Shown one piece after another: positions 9,152-16,846 of a stretch of DNA of 31,432 bases. The stretch's first letter is position 1. Each line of letters starts with the position of its first letter. Under the pieces are notes generated by a model, which was not told the DNA's origin, searched no databases, and saw nothing but the letters and a program-made list of their open reading frames with translations. This DNA comes from a virus: the IMG/VR virus record IMGVR_UViG_3300045988_078245. One strand, written 5' to 3'. Both the position numbers and the translations under genes were made by a program.

Positions 9152-9878
9152 GTTTGACTTTACTTTCGGAGGCAAAAATGCCTCCGAACTGGGAGTTAAA
9201 GCAACCCAGCGGCCCAACATGCCCGCAGCTGTGAAGAAGATCGAAGAAACCAATGTAGCGGCAATGGATGGCAGTTACTATCTGGACCAGGGCACCTATG
9301 AAGACATACAGGTGCCTTACTCCTGCAACTTCCTGGTACCGGACGGCACAGAATGGGACGAGAGGGTGCGCGAGATCAAAGACTGGCTATTCCACCCGAC
9401 CGGCCCCAGTCGGTTGATAAAAAATGACGACCCGGAGTATTACCTCCGGGTACGAAAGGTGGAAACTTCCGAGTTCACCCGCATATATCGGCGGCTGGCG
9501 CAGTTCACGGTCACATTCACCTGCACGGCGTACCAGTACCTGGTGCGCGGTGGCACAAGAGTGCCGTGCCCGGAGGTCGTAAACAACCAGTATGAGACAG
9601 CGTACCCGGTCTTTTATGTAACGACCAAATACCCAAAAGGCAATACGGCAACGATCACAGTCAACGGTAATGCAGTGACCGTACAGATCACAACGCCAAC
9701 CACCATTATAGATGTGGAAAGGCGCATGGTCTACACAGGCGATTACAAAATCGTCAACGGCAATGCCACCGGAGACTTGGACGGCCTGGTGTTGGTTAAG
9801 GGCACAAATACGATTAAATTCGGCGGAACGAAGAACCCTGCAACACTGGAGTATGTGCCCAACTGGAGGCGCCTATGA
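9144..9878 (+). CDS. Distal tail protein (Dit-like)
   Basis: ATG 9144 overlaps the tape measure stop. The start MDKFDFTFGGKNASELG resembles siphovirus tail component proteins. Confidence 0.68.
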   Translation: MDKFDFTFGGKNASELGVKATQRPNMPAAVKKIEETNVAAMDGSYYLDQGTYEDIQVPYSCNFLVPDGTEWDERVREIKDWLFHPTGPSRLIKNDDPEYYLRVRKVETSEFTRIYRRLAQFTVTFTCTAYQYLVRGGTRVPCPEVVNNQYETAYPVFYVTTKYPKGNTATITVNGNAVTVQITTPTTIIDVERRMVYTGDYKIVNGNATGDLDGLVLVKGTNTIKFGGTKNPATLEYVPNWRRL

Positions 9879-11404
9879 TCGAAGTATATTCTAAGCAGAA
9901 CTTCACTGGAAAAGCGGCACTGAAACATAATGGCGATATGGTGTTGACGCCTTATTCCTGCACCGTCAGCATTGAGCTGGGCGGCGCCATAGTGGTGGAG
10001 ATGGAGCACCCGGTAGACACACTGGGCCGGTGGAAGTACATTGCAGAAGAAAATGTGTTGGTGGTGGACACACCATGGGCGAAACGCCAAGCATTCAGAA
10101 TATGGCAAGTGATTACTTCTGACACCAAAGTCAAAGCCTCGGCGCAGCATATTATATTCGACTTGAAGCGGACGCTACCAGGAGAATGTGGGGATGAGCA
10201 ATCAAACTGTTACGGTTTTGCAAGCACGGTGTTGAACACATCCGACTTCAGCCCGAGTGTAACCGGACTCGACACATTCAAGTCGTTTTCCTGCTATTAC
10301 TCAGACGCCAAGAGCGCATACGACGCATTGCTTGGGGACGATGAGAGTGTGATCCGCAAATGGTCAGCCGAATGGCTACCGGATAATTTTAACATTCAGA
10401 TTATGAAACAGTTGGGAAAAGACCGAGGACTTGTCCTTAGAGATGGAGTCAATGCCTCTGGAGTGGAATTCACGGTAAACACAAACGATGTGGTCACAAG
10501 TATTCTTCCAACCACGACAGAGGGCATATACAATGACGAGCTGGTGGTAAGCGAAAAAGAAAAGGAGTTCAGCTACCCCCATATCGCCATCAAGTCGTAT
10601 TATGTAAGTCCAAAGTATACGCCGCAGCCGTTCTCTATATACCCCGGACGCCTACAGCTGAGCGGTAAAAAGGTGATACGCGTAAACGAGAAGAACTGCT
10701 TCTACGGTGTAGCGGCAGTGTCCGCAAACAGTAGTTACAGACTGACAAGTCGATATAGAAACGACTGCCCCTTTTTTTACGCGCACAAAGACGGAGATCT
10801 GTGGGCGACGGCTCCTGCACCATTTGCGACAAGCGACTGGTGGAGGAACAGCTTTGCTTACAGCTTCACGGTACCTAAAGGGGTAACCAAAATATGGTTC
10901 AACATTGTAAGACGACCGGGCAGCGGCATGAACCCTTTTAAGCACTCGATCCGCAGGTTGACCAATAACGACGCGGCGTTTACGGACATCGAAGATGTGA
11001 TTAAGGAGATCCGGCGGTTAGCCGCTTTGGAATTTTCGGTGGATAGAATAGACGAGCCAAAAATCAATGTGGCCGTTGACTATCTGGATCTGCGAAAGGA
11101 TCCAGCGTACCAAATGTTCCAGGAGCTGGAGCACATAGAGCTCGGAGACACCGTTACCATCGCTCTGAATAAGTTGGGTCTGTCAGCCAAGGCGAGAGTA
11201 ATAAAGCTGGAATATGACTGCTTAAAGCACGAATTGACCGGGTGTGAGATCGGGTCGTTCAAACGCAACTACTATCGCAGAGTGACCCAACGAAGCTACA
11301 AAGCCATGCAGGGCATTCACCAACTGAACAGAGACAGCATGACAGCGGACAACACTCTTGACTTGATCAAAGCCTATACCGAAACGGAGGATGATATTGA
11401 ATGA
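9875..11404 (+). CDS. Tail-associated / prophage tail endopeptidase-like protein (Tal)
   Basis: 509 aa, start overlapping the Dit stop (ATGA). Assigned by synteny. Confidence 0.62.
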   Translation: MIEVYSKQNFTGKAALKHNGDMVLTPYSCTVSIELGGAIVVEMEHPVDTLGRWKYIAEENVLVVDTPWAKRQAFRIWQVITSDTKVKASAQHIIFDLKRTLPGECGDEQSNCYGFASTVLNTSDFSPSVTGLDTFKSFSCYYSDAKSAYDALLGDDESVIRKWSAEWLPDNFNIQIMKQLGKDRGLVLRDGVNASGVEFTVNTNDVVTSILPTTTEGIYNDELVVSEKEKEFSYPHIAIKSYYVSPKYTPQPFSIYPGRLQLSGKKVIRVNEKNCFYGVAAVSANSSYRLTSRYRNDCPFFYAHKDGDLWATAPAPFATSDWWRNSFAYSFTVPKGVTKIWFNIVRRPGSGMNPFKHSIRRLTNNDAAFTDIEDVIKEIRRLAALEFSVDRIDEPKINVAVDYLDLRKDPAYQMFQELEHIELGDTVTIALNKLGLSAKARVIKLEYDCLKHELTGCEIGSFKRNYYRRVTQRSYKAMQGIHQLNRDSMTADNTLDLIKAYTETEDDIE

Positions 11405-13359
11405 CAACATTGCAGGAAATATTTATTGACATCAACGGTGCCAACCGCTATGTGACCGTGAGTGCCAAAGCCGAAGACGACGCCGGGCGCATTATTCTGA
11501 TAAACCTCCTGGACAACGGCGCACTGTACGCACTCCCGGCAGACGCAGAAGCCAGGGCGGTCATGATCCGGCCAAACGGTACAAAAGCACTGATCACCGC
11601 CCAAGTGATTGATGGCAAAGTACAGCTGACGATGAAGAGCAGTATGCTCATTCTGGGGACAAGCCAAGTAGAGATCCTTCTGTCCGCTACGGACGGAAAG
11701 GTCATTACAACGGCAAAATTTGCCATTAAAGTGCACGGTACCCAGAGCACCGCCGGTATGGAACAAAGCGACGACTGGGCCGCCCTCCGGGACGCACTGT
11801 CCAAGCTGTCCCAAGTGCCGGCGGCCGAAGATGTAGCAACGCTCAAGGCAGCCGTAGCGCTTGTCAATGGACGGTTGCAAAAGCAGGCGCAAACCACACA
11901 CATCCAGGCGGTCCTTGCCGCCAAATTCACGCCAACAGCCGAGGGAACATACGAGGCGCCGGTGTACCTAAATCTTACATTGGCCGCACGCCAATACGGC
12001 ACAGCGCTCACGCTGGCTGACGGCGGCGTAAAAATAGGCAAAGGTGTAAGCAAAGTGAGGATCACCGGGCAGGCGTATATGTATGAGTCCACCGCTCTAA
12101 CGCTGTGTGAAATGGACTTGTACATCGTCAAGGCCGACGGCACGGCAACACGCATTGAGCGGTGTAGATGTACAAGATCCGGTAAGTATGAGACCTACAT
12201 TACCGGGCAAATCGTTACAGCAGTCAGCGAGGGTGACGTCATTAAGCTGGCATACATCGGAAAGCCGGACACCTCATTCATCAACTATAACGACGCCACC
12301 ATGCTGAATGTGACTGTTGAAGAGTGGGATCTGTCCACGGCAGCGGGCGCAGATCTTTCCGCAGATGATGTGCTGCTTAACAAATGGCACACCGGCACCG
12401 CCATTGATGGTGCAGCGGGCAGTGAAACAACCTACCCGGCTTCCGGGATCAGCTCCGCATTCATCGGTGACCTGTACCTCAACCTGAGTACCGGTACAGT
12501 TTACCAATGCACGACCACCGGTACGGCGGACAAAGCCACCTGGAAGTATATGGCAGTGCTGTCAAATGTAGGTGACGGAACAGTGCAGGCCAAGCACCTG
12601 GCAGAGGGTGCGGCGCTTGGAAACATCGGCCTGAATTCAATTCCAAGCGCAAAAATAGCAGACAGGGCAATCACGAGCGCCAAAATTGGCTACGGCGCCG
12701 TAGAGCAAGATAACATCAAGGACGGCGCGGTGACAACGCCTAAGATAGCCGGGAAATCTGTCCGTGCCTGGCACATAGCTGATAGCGCAATCACAAAAGG
12801 GCTGCTTGCAGACGCCCTGGCAAAGGAGATCACAGACGCCACGGCGGGCATTGCCGAGGTGAAAGAGGAACTGGCAGCCGCTGGTGAGACCTGGGAGACC
12901 GTGTTCACCAAGACATTTGATGCTGACACCACAGCGAGCCAAAGATGGGATTTAGCTAAGCCCTGTCGTAAGATCAGACTGCGTATGGCGGTGGCCGGGA
13001 GTGCTGCCAATTCCGCCGCTGGCGATCAGACCGTGTACATCAACTCATACACAAGCAAGTGCTTCTTGCCAAATGCATTCCGGTTTGAGACTGCAACTAC
13101 TAAGGGCTCCTTCGCCGTTGCTGAGGTAGAGATCACCGAGGATATGGTGCGGGTGCAAACAAACAAGAGCAACATCGCCAGCAAATTCAACGCGGCCAAC
13201 TCTATGGACGGCGGCTCCATTTGGCTCGCCAGCGGGATCACATTCAACATTTTTAGGGATGTAGAAAAACATGGTGCGATCAAAGCCCTGTCGTTCCCAA
13301 CGAACGGCAAGACGATTGGTGCGGGAACGATTATAGAGATATTGGGGGTGGCAAAATGA
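11401..13359 (+). CDS. Receptor-binding / baseplate upper protein-like tail fibre
   Basis: 652 aa with a BppU-like N-terminus (IDINGANRYVTVSAKAEDDAGRII). A central block has reiterated AKI / AIT / GAV motifs. Confidence 0.62.
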   Translation: MTTLQEIFIDINGANRYVTVSAKAEDDAGRIILINLLDNGALYALPADAEARAVMIRPNGTKALITAQVIDGKVQLTMKSSMLILGTSQVEILLSATDGKVITTAKFAIKVHGTQSTAGMEQSDDWAALRDALSKLSQVPAAEDVATLKAAVALVNGRLQKQAQTTHIQAVLAAKFTPTAEGTYEAPVYLNLTLAARQYGTALTLADGGVKIGKGVSKVRITGQAYMYESTALTLCEMDLYIVKADGTATRIERCRCTRSGKYETYITGQIVTAVSEGDVIKLAYIGKPDTSFINYNDATMLNVTVEEWDLSTAAGADLSADDVLLNKWHTGTAIDGAAGSETTYPASGISSAFIGDLYLNLSTGTVYQCTTTGTADKATWKYMAVLSNVGDGTVQAKHLAEGAALGNIGLNSIPSAKIADRAITSAKIGYGAVEQDNIKDGAVTTPKIAGKSVRAWHIADSAITKGLLADALAKEITDATAGIAEVKEELAAAGETWETVFTKTFDADTTASQRWDLAKPCRKIRLRMAVAGSAANSAAGDQTVYINSYTSKCFLPNAFRFETATTKGSFAVAEVEITEDMVRVQTNKSNIASKFNAANSMDGGSIWLASGITFNIFRDVEKHGAIKALSFPTNGKTIGAGTIIEILGVAK

Positions 13360-13538
13360 GCATTGAAATCGAAAGCCGTATTGCGTTTTTGAAGTCTGAG
13401 TTGGCGGAGACCGACTACCTGTGTTTGAAATTTACAGACGGTGCTTTATCTGAGGATGAGTACGCACCGATCCGCCGGCAGCGGGCTGCGTACCGTGCGG
13501 AGATTAACGCCCTACAAGGGGGTGAGTCCGATGTATAA
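13356..13538 (+). CDS. Small XkdX-like protein (assigned by position)
   Basis: 60 aa, start overlapping the fibre stop, lying between the fibre and lysis genes. Confidence 0.45.
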   Translation: MSIEIESRIAFLKSELAETDYLCLKFTDGALSEDEYAPIRRQRAAYRAEINALQGGESDV

Positions 13539-13887
13539 CGCATTCGTCACCGCCGCCCTGACTGCTGCCGTGTCAACGGTGGTAGGCAGTGCCGTGTCTG
13601 CCGTTATCGCTTCGTTGATTGCAAAGAAAAAGAGCAAGAAAGCAATGGACGAAGTCACCACAGCCAGGTACATAGCCATCGAAAACGGCTTGCAATCCAT
13701 ATTGCGCGCCGAGATCATACGGCAGCACGAAAAGCATACTGAGCGGCGCTACTGCCCGCTCTATGCCAAGGAAGCTATGGTCAAGGTCTACGACGCCTAT
13801 CATGCGCTTGGCGGCAATGGAATGATGACCAGATTTTATAATGAAATTATCGCGCTCCCGGAGGAGCCGCAACAAAAGGAGGACTAA
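13531..13887 (+). CDS. N-terminally membrane-anchored protein of the lysis module
   Basis: ATG 13531 overlaps the previous stop. One N-terminal transmembrane (TM) segment is followed by KKKSKK. Confidence 0.55.
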   Translation: MYNAFVTAALTAAVSTVVGSAVSAVIASLIAKKKSKKAMDEVTTARYIAIENGLQSILRAEIIRQHEKHTERRYCPLYAKEAMVKVYDAYHALGGNGMMTRFYNEIIALPEEPQQKED

Positions 13888-13890
13888 AAA

Positions 13891-14157
13891 ATGAAAGTAA
13901 CCGCAGGAACCATTGCAAGAACCGCCGTTCTGGCGGTATCTCTGCTGAATGTATTGCTCAATGCCTTTGGCAAGAACCCCTTGCCGTTCAGTGACGATGA
14001 GGTGTACACCGCCGTGTCAACGGTGGTAGCCGTGGCGGCTTCCCTGGCCGCATGGTGGAAGAACAACAGCTTCACCAAGGCCGCTTTGAAAGCAGATGAG
14101 ACACTGGCGCTGGAACGGACGGAGACGGCAGAAAGCGAGGCTGTACACCATGAGTAA
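13891..14157 (+). CDS. Holin (phi LC3-like)
   Basis: 88 aa with two hydrophobic helices and the motif AAWWKNNSFTKAA. RBS aaaggagg upstream. Confidence 0.75.
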   Translation: MKVTAGTIARTAVLAVSLLNVLLNAFGKNPLPFSDDEVYTAVSTVVAVAASLAAWWKNNSFTKAALKADETLALERTETAESEAVHHE

Positions 14158-15067
14158 GCTGTATTACTGCCGGCAGACCACCGAAAAGTGCAAATCTATC
14201 AGATACCCCAGCAAGACCCACCCCTATAAATACGGCGCTTCCGGCTGTATCTACACCAGCGGCTGCGGGGTGTGTGCCAGTCTTATGGTTTTACATAACT
14301 TTGGTTTTACCGGCTTGGACACCGCTGCTTGGACACAGAAGTGCCTGCTGATGGGCGCACGGTCCGCAGATGGCACCAACATGGATAAGGTGGCGGCGTT
14401 CATCGAGAGGCATTTCTCCATCGTAAGCAAGCGAGCCAAGTCTGTTGCTGATCTGAAAGCCCACCTGAAAGCAGGCGGCAAAGCCATTGTATGCGTCAGC
14501 GGTGGCGGCAAGCAGCTGTTCAGTAATGGCGGCCACTATATCTATATTGGCGGCCTGGACAAATCCGGTAACCTGATCGTGCTGGATCCGTACTGGTATG
14601 ATGGCAAGTTCACCATGACCGCCAACCGCAGGAAGTACACCAAAGTCAAAAACGCCAGAGAAGTGTATGTGCAACCTGCCGCCCTTGCGTCAGACATCAG
14701 CGGTATTTGGCTGTTCACAAATGCCAAGGGTGCTAAGACGGTTTACGCGGCAAGCGATGTGAACTACCGTAAAGCAACACCCAAGGCGCCTACCGTAAAG
14801 CCGGGTAAATACACCACCACGGCGGTGCGGGGGATTTACAAGGGCGCAGGTGCTGCTGCCGGACGCAAGAAGGTCAAGGATTTGACCACGGACGGCCGGC
14901 ACCATGCCACCAGCAGCAAGAAGAACGCAGACGCTATGTTCCGAGCAGGCACCACCATCACCGTGCTGGAGACAAAGCTGCTCTCCACCGGCAACCTGTG
15001 GGCACGCTGCCCCTCCGGTTGGCTGTGTGTGTGGGAAAAAGACGGCAACAAGAAGTTTGTTAAGTAA
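14150..15067 (+). CDS. Endolysin: papain/C39-like cysteine peptidase domain plus a C-terminal SH3b-like domain
   Basis: ATG 14150 overlaps the holin stop. Candidate catalytic residues: Cys in SGCGVCASLMVL and His in GGHYIYIGG. The C-terminus (LWARCPSGWLCVWEKDG) looks SH3-like. Confidence 0.68.
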   Translation: MSKLYYCRQTTEKCKSIRYPSKTHPYKYGASGCIYTSGCGVCASLMVLHNFGFTGLDTAAWTQKCLLMGARSADGTNMDKVAAFIERHFSIVSKRAKSVADLKAHLKAGGKAIVCVSGGGKQLFSNGGHYIYIGGLDKSGNLIVLDPYWYDGKFTMTANRRKYTKVKNAREVYVQPAALASDISGIWLFTNAKGAKTVYAASDVNYRKATPKAPTVKPGKYTTTAVRGIYKGAGAAAGRKKVKDLTTDGRHHATSSKKNADAMFRAGTTITVLETKLLSTGNLWARCPSGWLCVWEKDGNKKFVK

Positions 15068-15078
15068 AGGAGACCAAA

Positions 15079-15330
15079 ATGGCAGAAGCGAAGAAACCCG
15101 CCACCAAGGCGGCCAAAAAGGATAAGGCATTCCAGATCAAGGTAGTATTCCAAGGATCCGTCAGGGTCCACAGCCGCCCGATCTTGGGAGACGAGGATGT
15201 GCTCCGGCTGGCCAAGACCGGCGATGTGCTGATGGCAAGAGCTGTTGACGGAAGTACGGACACGCCGTTTTACGAATTGGTGGACGGCGGCTATATTGCC
15301 GCCGATCCGGCACTGATCGAAAAAGCATAA
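15079..15330 (+). CDS. Stand-alone SH3b-like small protein
   Basis: 83 aa with RBS aaggag. Lys/Ala-rich N-terminus followed by VRVHSRP...GDVL...YELVDGGYIAAD. Confidence 0.5.
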   Translation: MAEAKKPATKAAKKDKAFQIKVVFQGSVRVHSRPILGDEDVLRLAKTGDVLMARAVDGSTDTPFYELVDGGYIAADPALIEKA

Positions 15331-15344
15331 GGCATAAGAAAAAA

Positions 15345-15373
15345 GACCCGGCGGGGAGTAATCCCGCCGGGTC
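15345..15373. terminator. Bidirectional intrinsic terminator between convergent operons
   Basis: An 11-bp GC-rich stem (GACCCGGCGGG / CCCGCCGGGTC) with a 7-nt loop, flanked by AAAAAA on the 5' side and TTT on the 3' side. Confidence 0.8.
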
Positions 15374-15380
15374 TTTGCTA

Positions 15381-15833
15381 TTAAATTTTGTTTTCGTGTT
15401 CCAATTTGTAAGCCATTAGATCCAGTACATAACCGGGGCACTGTCGATTGCCGTAGATCCAATCTTGAACAGTTCGTAGCGGTATGCCAAGTGTGCCAGA
15501 AAATGCGCTTATGCTCAGTCCGCTGGCGTCGTACAGATCTCTTACGCTGTCAAAAGATCCAGGCGAAACAGTTGGCCGGCTTTGGCGGAGCGCATACGCC
15601 AAGAGTTGACCCAAAGTCATACTTTCAAGCCATTCATCCTCGGACAAATGGAAGCGTTTTTCTTCTTCTTGATCAAGTGCATAATCAAACACGATCTTGA
15701 CTCCGGCCTTGACCCTGCAAGCTACGCTTACCTTTTTGGTGCGGCGCAGGTGCTGTATATCCTCCCGCACATCCTTGATCAAGTCCGCACATTCAAAGGA
15801 CACTTGCTGCCCCAAGTTATTTAATATGGCCAT
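15381..15833 (-). CDS. Cargo protein with a C-terminal HTH (antitoxin/regulator-like)
   Basis: 150 aa with RBS gaggtga. The C-terminus reads GLSISAFSGTLGIPLRTVQDWIYGNRQCPGYVLDLMAYKL. Confidence 0.6.
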   Translation of the reverse strand: MAILNNLGQQVSFECADLIKDVREDIQHLRRTKKVSVACRVKAGVKIVFDYALDQEEEKRFHLSEDEWLESMTLGQLLAYALRQSRPTVSPGSFDSVRDLYDASGLSISAFSGTLGIPLRTVQDWIYGNRQCPGYVLDLMAYKLEHENKI

Positions 15834-15842
15834 GTTTTCACC

Positions 15843-16070
15843 TCACTTTTCTTCAAGAACATTGTAATCCCAGCTGTCTCCGTCCGGATCGAAATCTTCC
15901 CACATCTGACGAAGCTCAGTCTTGTAGCCTTTGCTGGCCCGCTCGCCGTCAAAAGCATTTTTGGCGGCTTCAATATCCGTTCCCAAATAATATTCCCATT
16001 CATCACCGGGTTCTCCGTTTTTCCGGATCTGATAGGTGGCCACTTGATAGTAAGTGTTGTTTTCTTTCAT
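15843..16070 (-). CDS. Small acidic protein of unknown function
   Basis: 75 aa with RBS aaagga, 9 nt upstream of the HTH gene on the same strand. Confidence 0.5.
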   Translation of the reverse strand: MKENNTYYQVATYQIRKNGEPGDEWEYYLGTDIEAAKNAFDGERASKGYKTELRQMWEDFDPDGDSWDYNVLEEK

Positions 16071-16253
16071 TTTCGTATCCTTTCTGTAATAGTGGTGAAT
16101 GCAGTTTGCTTTATTAGGTTCACTTTAGAGTGGTCACCAATGCCGCGACGCTCAAAGCAGCAGCAACGCACAAAGACAGTATTTTGATCGGTTCTGGAAA
16201 AACCGTAAATGCCATGGTGCAAAGCAAACCAGATGTGCAGATAAATAAAAGTG

Positions 16254-16282
16254 TTGACTTTTTCATAAATAACGCATATACT
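16254..16282 (+). promoter_or_regulatory. Near-consensus promoter (TTGACT-17-TATACT) pointing antisense into the toxin gene
   Basis: -35 at 16254-16259, a 17-nt spacer, -10 at 16277-16282. No credible + strand CDS lies downstream. Confidence 0.5.
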
Positions 16283-16333
16283 AAAGATGTGCCGGGATCA
16301 GAGGGCGTTTCCGCCCTCCGACCTTGGCTACCG

Positions 16334-16465
16334 TTACCGTTTTTTGTTGTGTGGATTTTCGGTGGCGGTATTTTTTTGCTTTTTCACAGCTACGATGAAA
16401 GAAGCAGTTGCGATAATGTTGGCCCACAGGCCAATCAATATCTCGATAACATCTTTAGCTTTCAC
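16334..16465 (-). CDS. Type I toxin-like hydrophobic peptide (Hol-Tox/Fst-like architecture), 43 aa
   Basis: GTG start 7 nt after AAAGGAGGTG. Sequence: MKAKDVIEILIGLWANIIATASFIVAVKKQKNTATENPHNKKR, with one TM helix and a basic tail. Confidence 0.5.
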   Translation of the reverse strand: MKAKDVIEILIGLWANIIATASFIVAVKKQKNTATENPHNKKR

Positions 16466-16489
16466 ATTATCACCTCCTTTCTGTCTATC

Positions 16490-16518
16490 ATTATAGCACG
16501 CATTGCGTGCTAAGTCAA
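16490..16518 (-). promoter_or_regulatory. Consensus promoter (TTGACT-17-TATAAT) for the toxin peptide
   Basis: Reverse complement reads TTGACTtagcacgcaatgcgtgcTATAAT. The spacer contains the palindrome AGCACGCAATGCGTGCT. Confidence 0.6.
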
Positions 16519-16548
16519 GAGAAATTTGCAAAAAAATAAAAAAATTTT

Positions 16549-16576
16549 AGCCGGGCAGTTACTTGTCCGGCTTTTT
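16549..16576 (+). terminator. + oriented intrinsic terminator
   Basis: A 10-bp stem (AGCCGGGCAG / CTTGTCCGGCT, with two G-T pairs) and a TTAC loop, followed by TTTT. Confidence 0.55.
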
Positions 16577-16595
16577 CTATACCTCGCATTACCAA

Positions 16596-16620
16596 GTACT
16601 GCAATAAGTACTGCAACGCC
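16596..16620 (+). repeat. Direct repeat pair GTACTGCAA-taa-GTACTGCAACGCC (candidate integrase arm-type sites)
   Basis: Copies at 16596-16604 and 16608-16616. The pair recurs at 16791-16814. Confidence 0.8.
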
Positions 16621-16657
16621 AAAAGTTTTTTATTTTCTCTCATTTTTTACGCAAGCG

Positions 16658-16680
16658 GAAATTTGGCTTAACTAAGCCAA
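16658..16680. repeat. AAATTTGGCTTA-ac-TAAGCCAA palindrome
   Basis: TTGGCTTA at 16663-16670 and TAAGCCAA at 16673-16680. A third direct copy, AAATTTGGCTTA, lies at 16757-16768. Confidence 0.8.
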
Positions 16681-16700
16681 AAATGGAAACAGAAAGAAAT

Positions 16701-16727
16701 AAAGGACGGCTGAAAAAGCCGTCCTTT
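16701..16727. terminator. Bidirectional terminator-like hairpin downstream of the integrase gene
   Basis: A 10-bp stem (AAAGGACGGC / GCCGTCCTTT) with a 7-nt loop. T-rich on both outer sides. Confidence 0.7.
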
Positions 16728-16756
16728 TTGGTCGGAGTGACAAGAATATAGGCGTA

Positions 16757-16814
16757 AAATTTGGCTTAGCAGCGGGCTTTTTGCAAATCTGTACTGCAAC
16801 AGTACTGCAACGCC
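16757..16814 (+). repeat. Second repeat set: AAATTTGGCTTA, then GCAGCGGGC, then GTACTGCAA-c-a-GTACTGCAACGCC
   Basis: GTACTGCAA at 16791-16799 and 16802-16810. The order mirrors the first set, but every unit is in direct orientation. Confidence 0.8.
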
Positions 16815-16846
16815 GTTGCTGCCAGGAAGGGAGCGCTTCTCTTTTC

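Larger units (their letters stand above)
16289..16576 (+). ncRNA. Predicted antisense RNA (candidate type I antitoxin) of about 285 nt
   Basis: Bounded by the promoter at 16254-16282 and the + oriented terminator at 16549-16576. It is fully complementary to the toxin ORF, RBS and promoter. Confidence 0.35.

Noticed and set aside
14836-15462. A 208-aa - strand ORF spanning the endolysin 3' end, the SH3-like gene and the terminator
   Set aside because: It runs through an 11-bp-stem bidirectional terminator and is antisense to two supported genes.
16130-16513. A 127-aa + strand ORF, and the nested 16287-16496 ORF, overlapping the toxin peptide
   Set aside because: Neither has an RBS. The ATG of the nested ORF (16287) falls at about the predicted transcription start. 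The stretch from about 16289 onward is better explained as a non-coding antisense RNA bounded by a promoter and a terminator.
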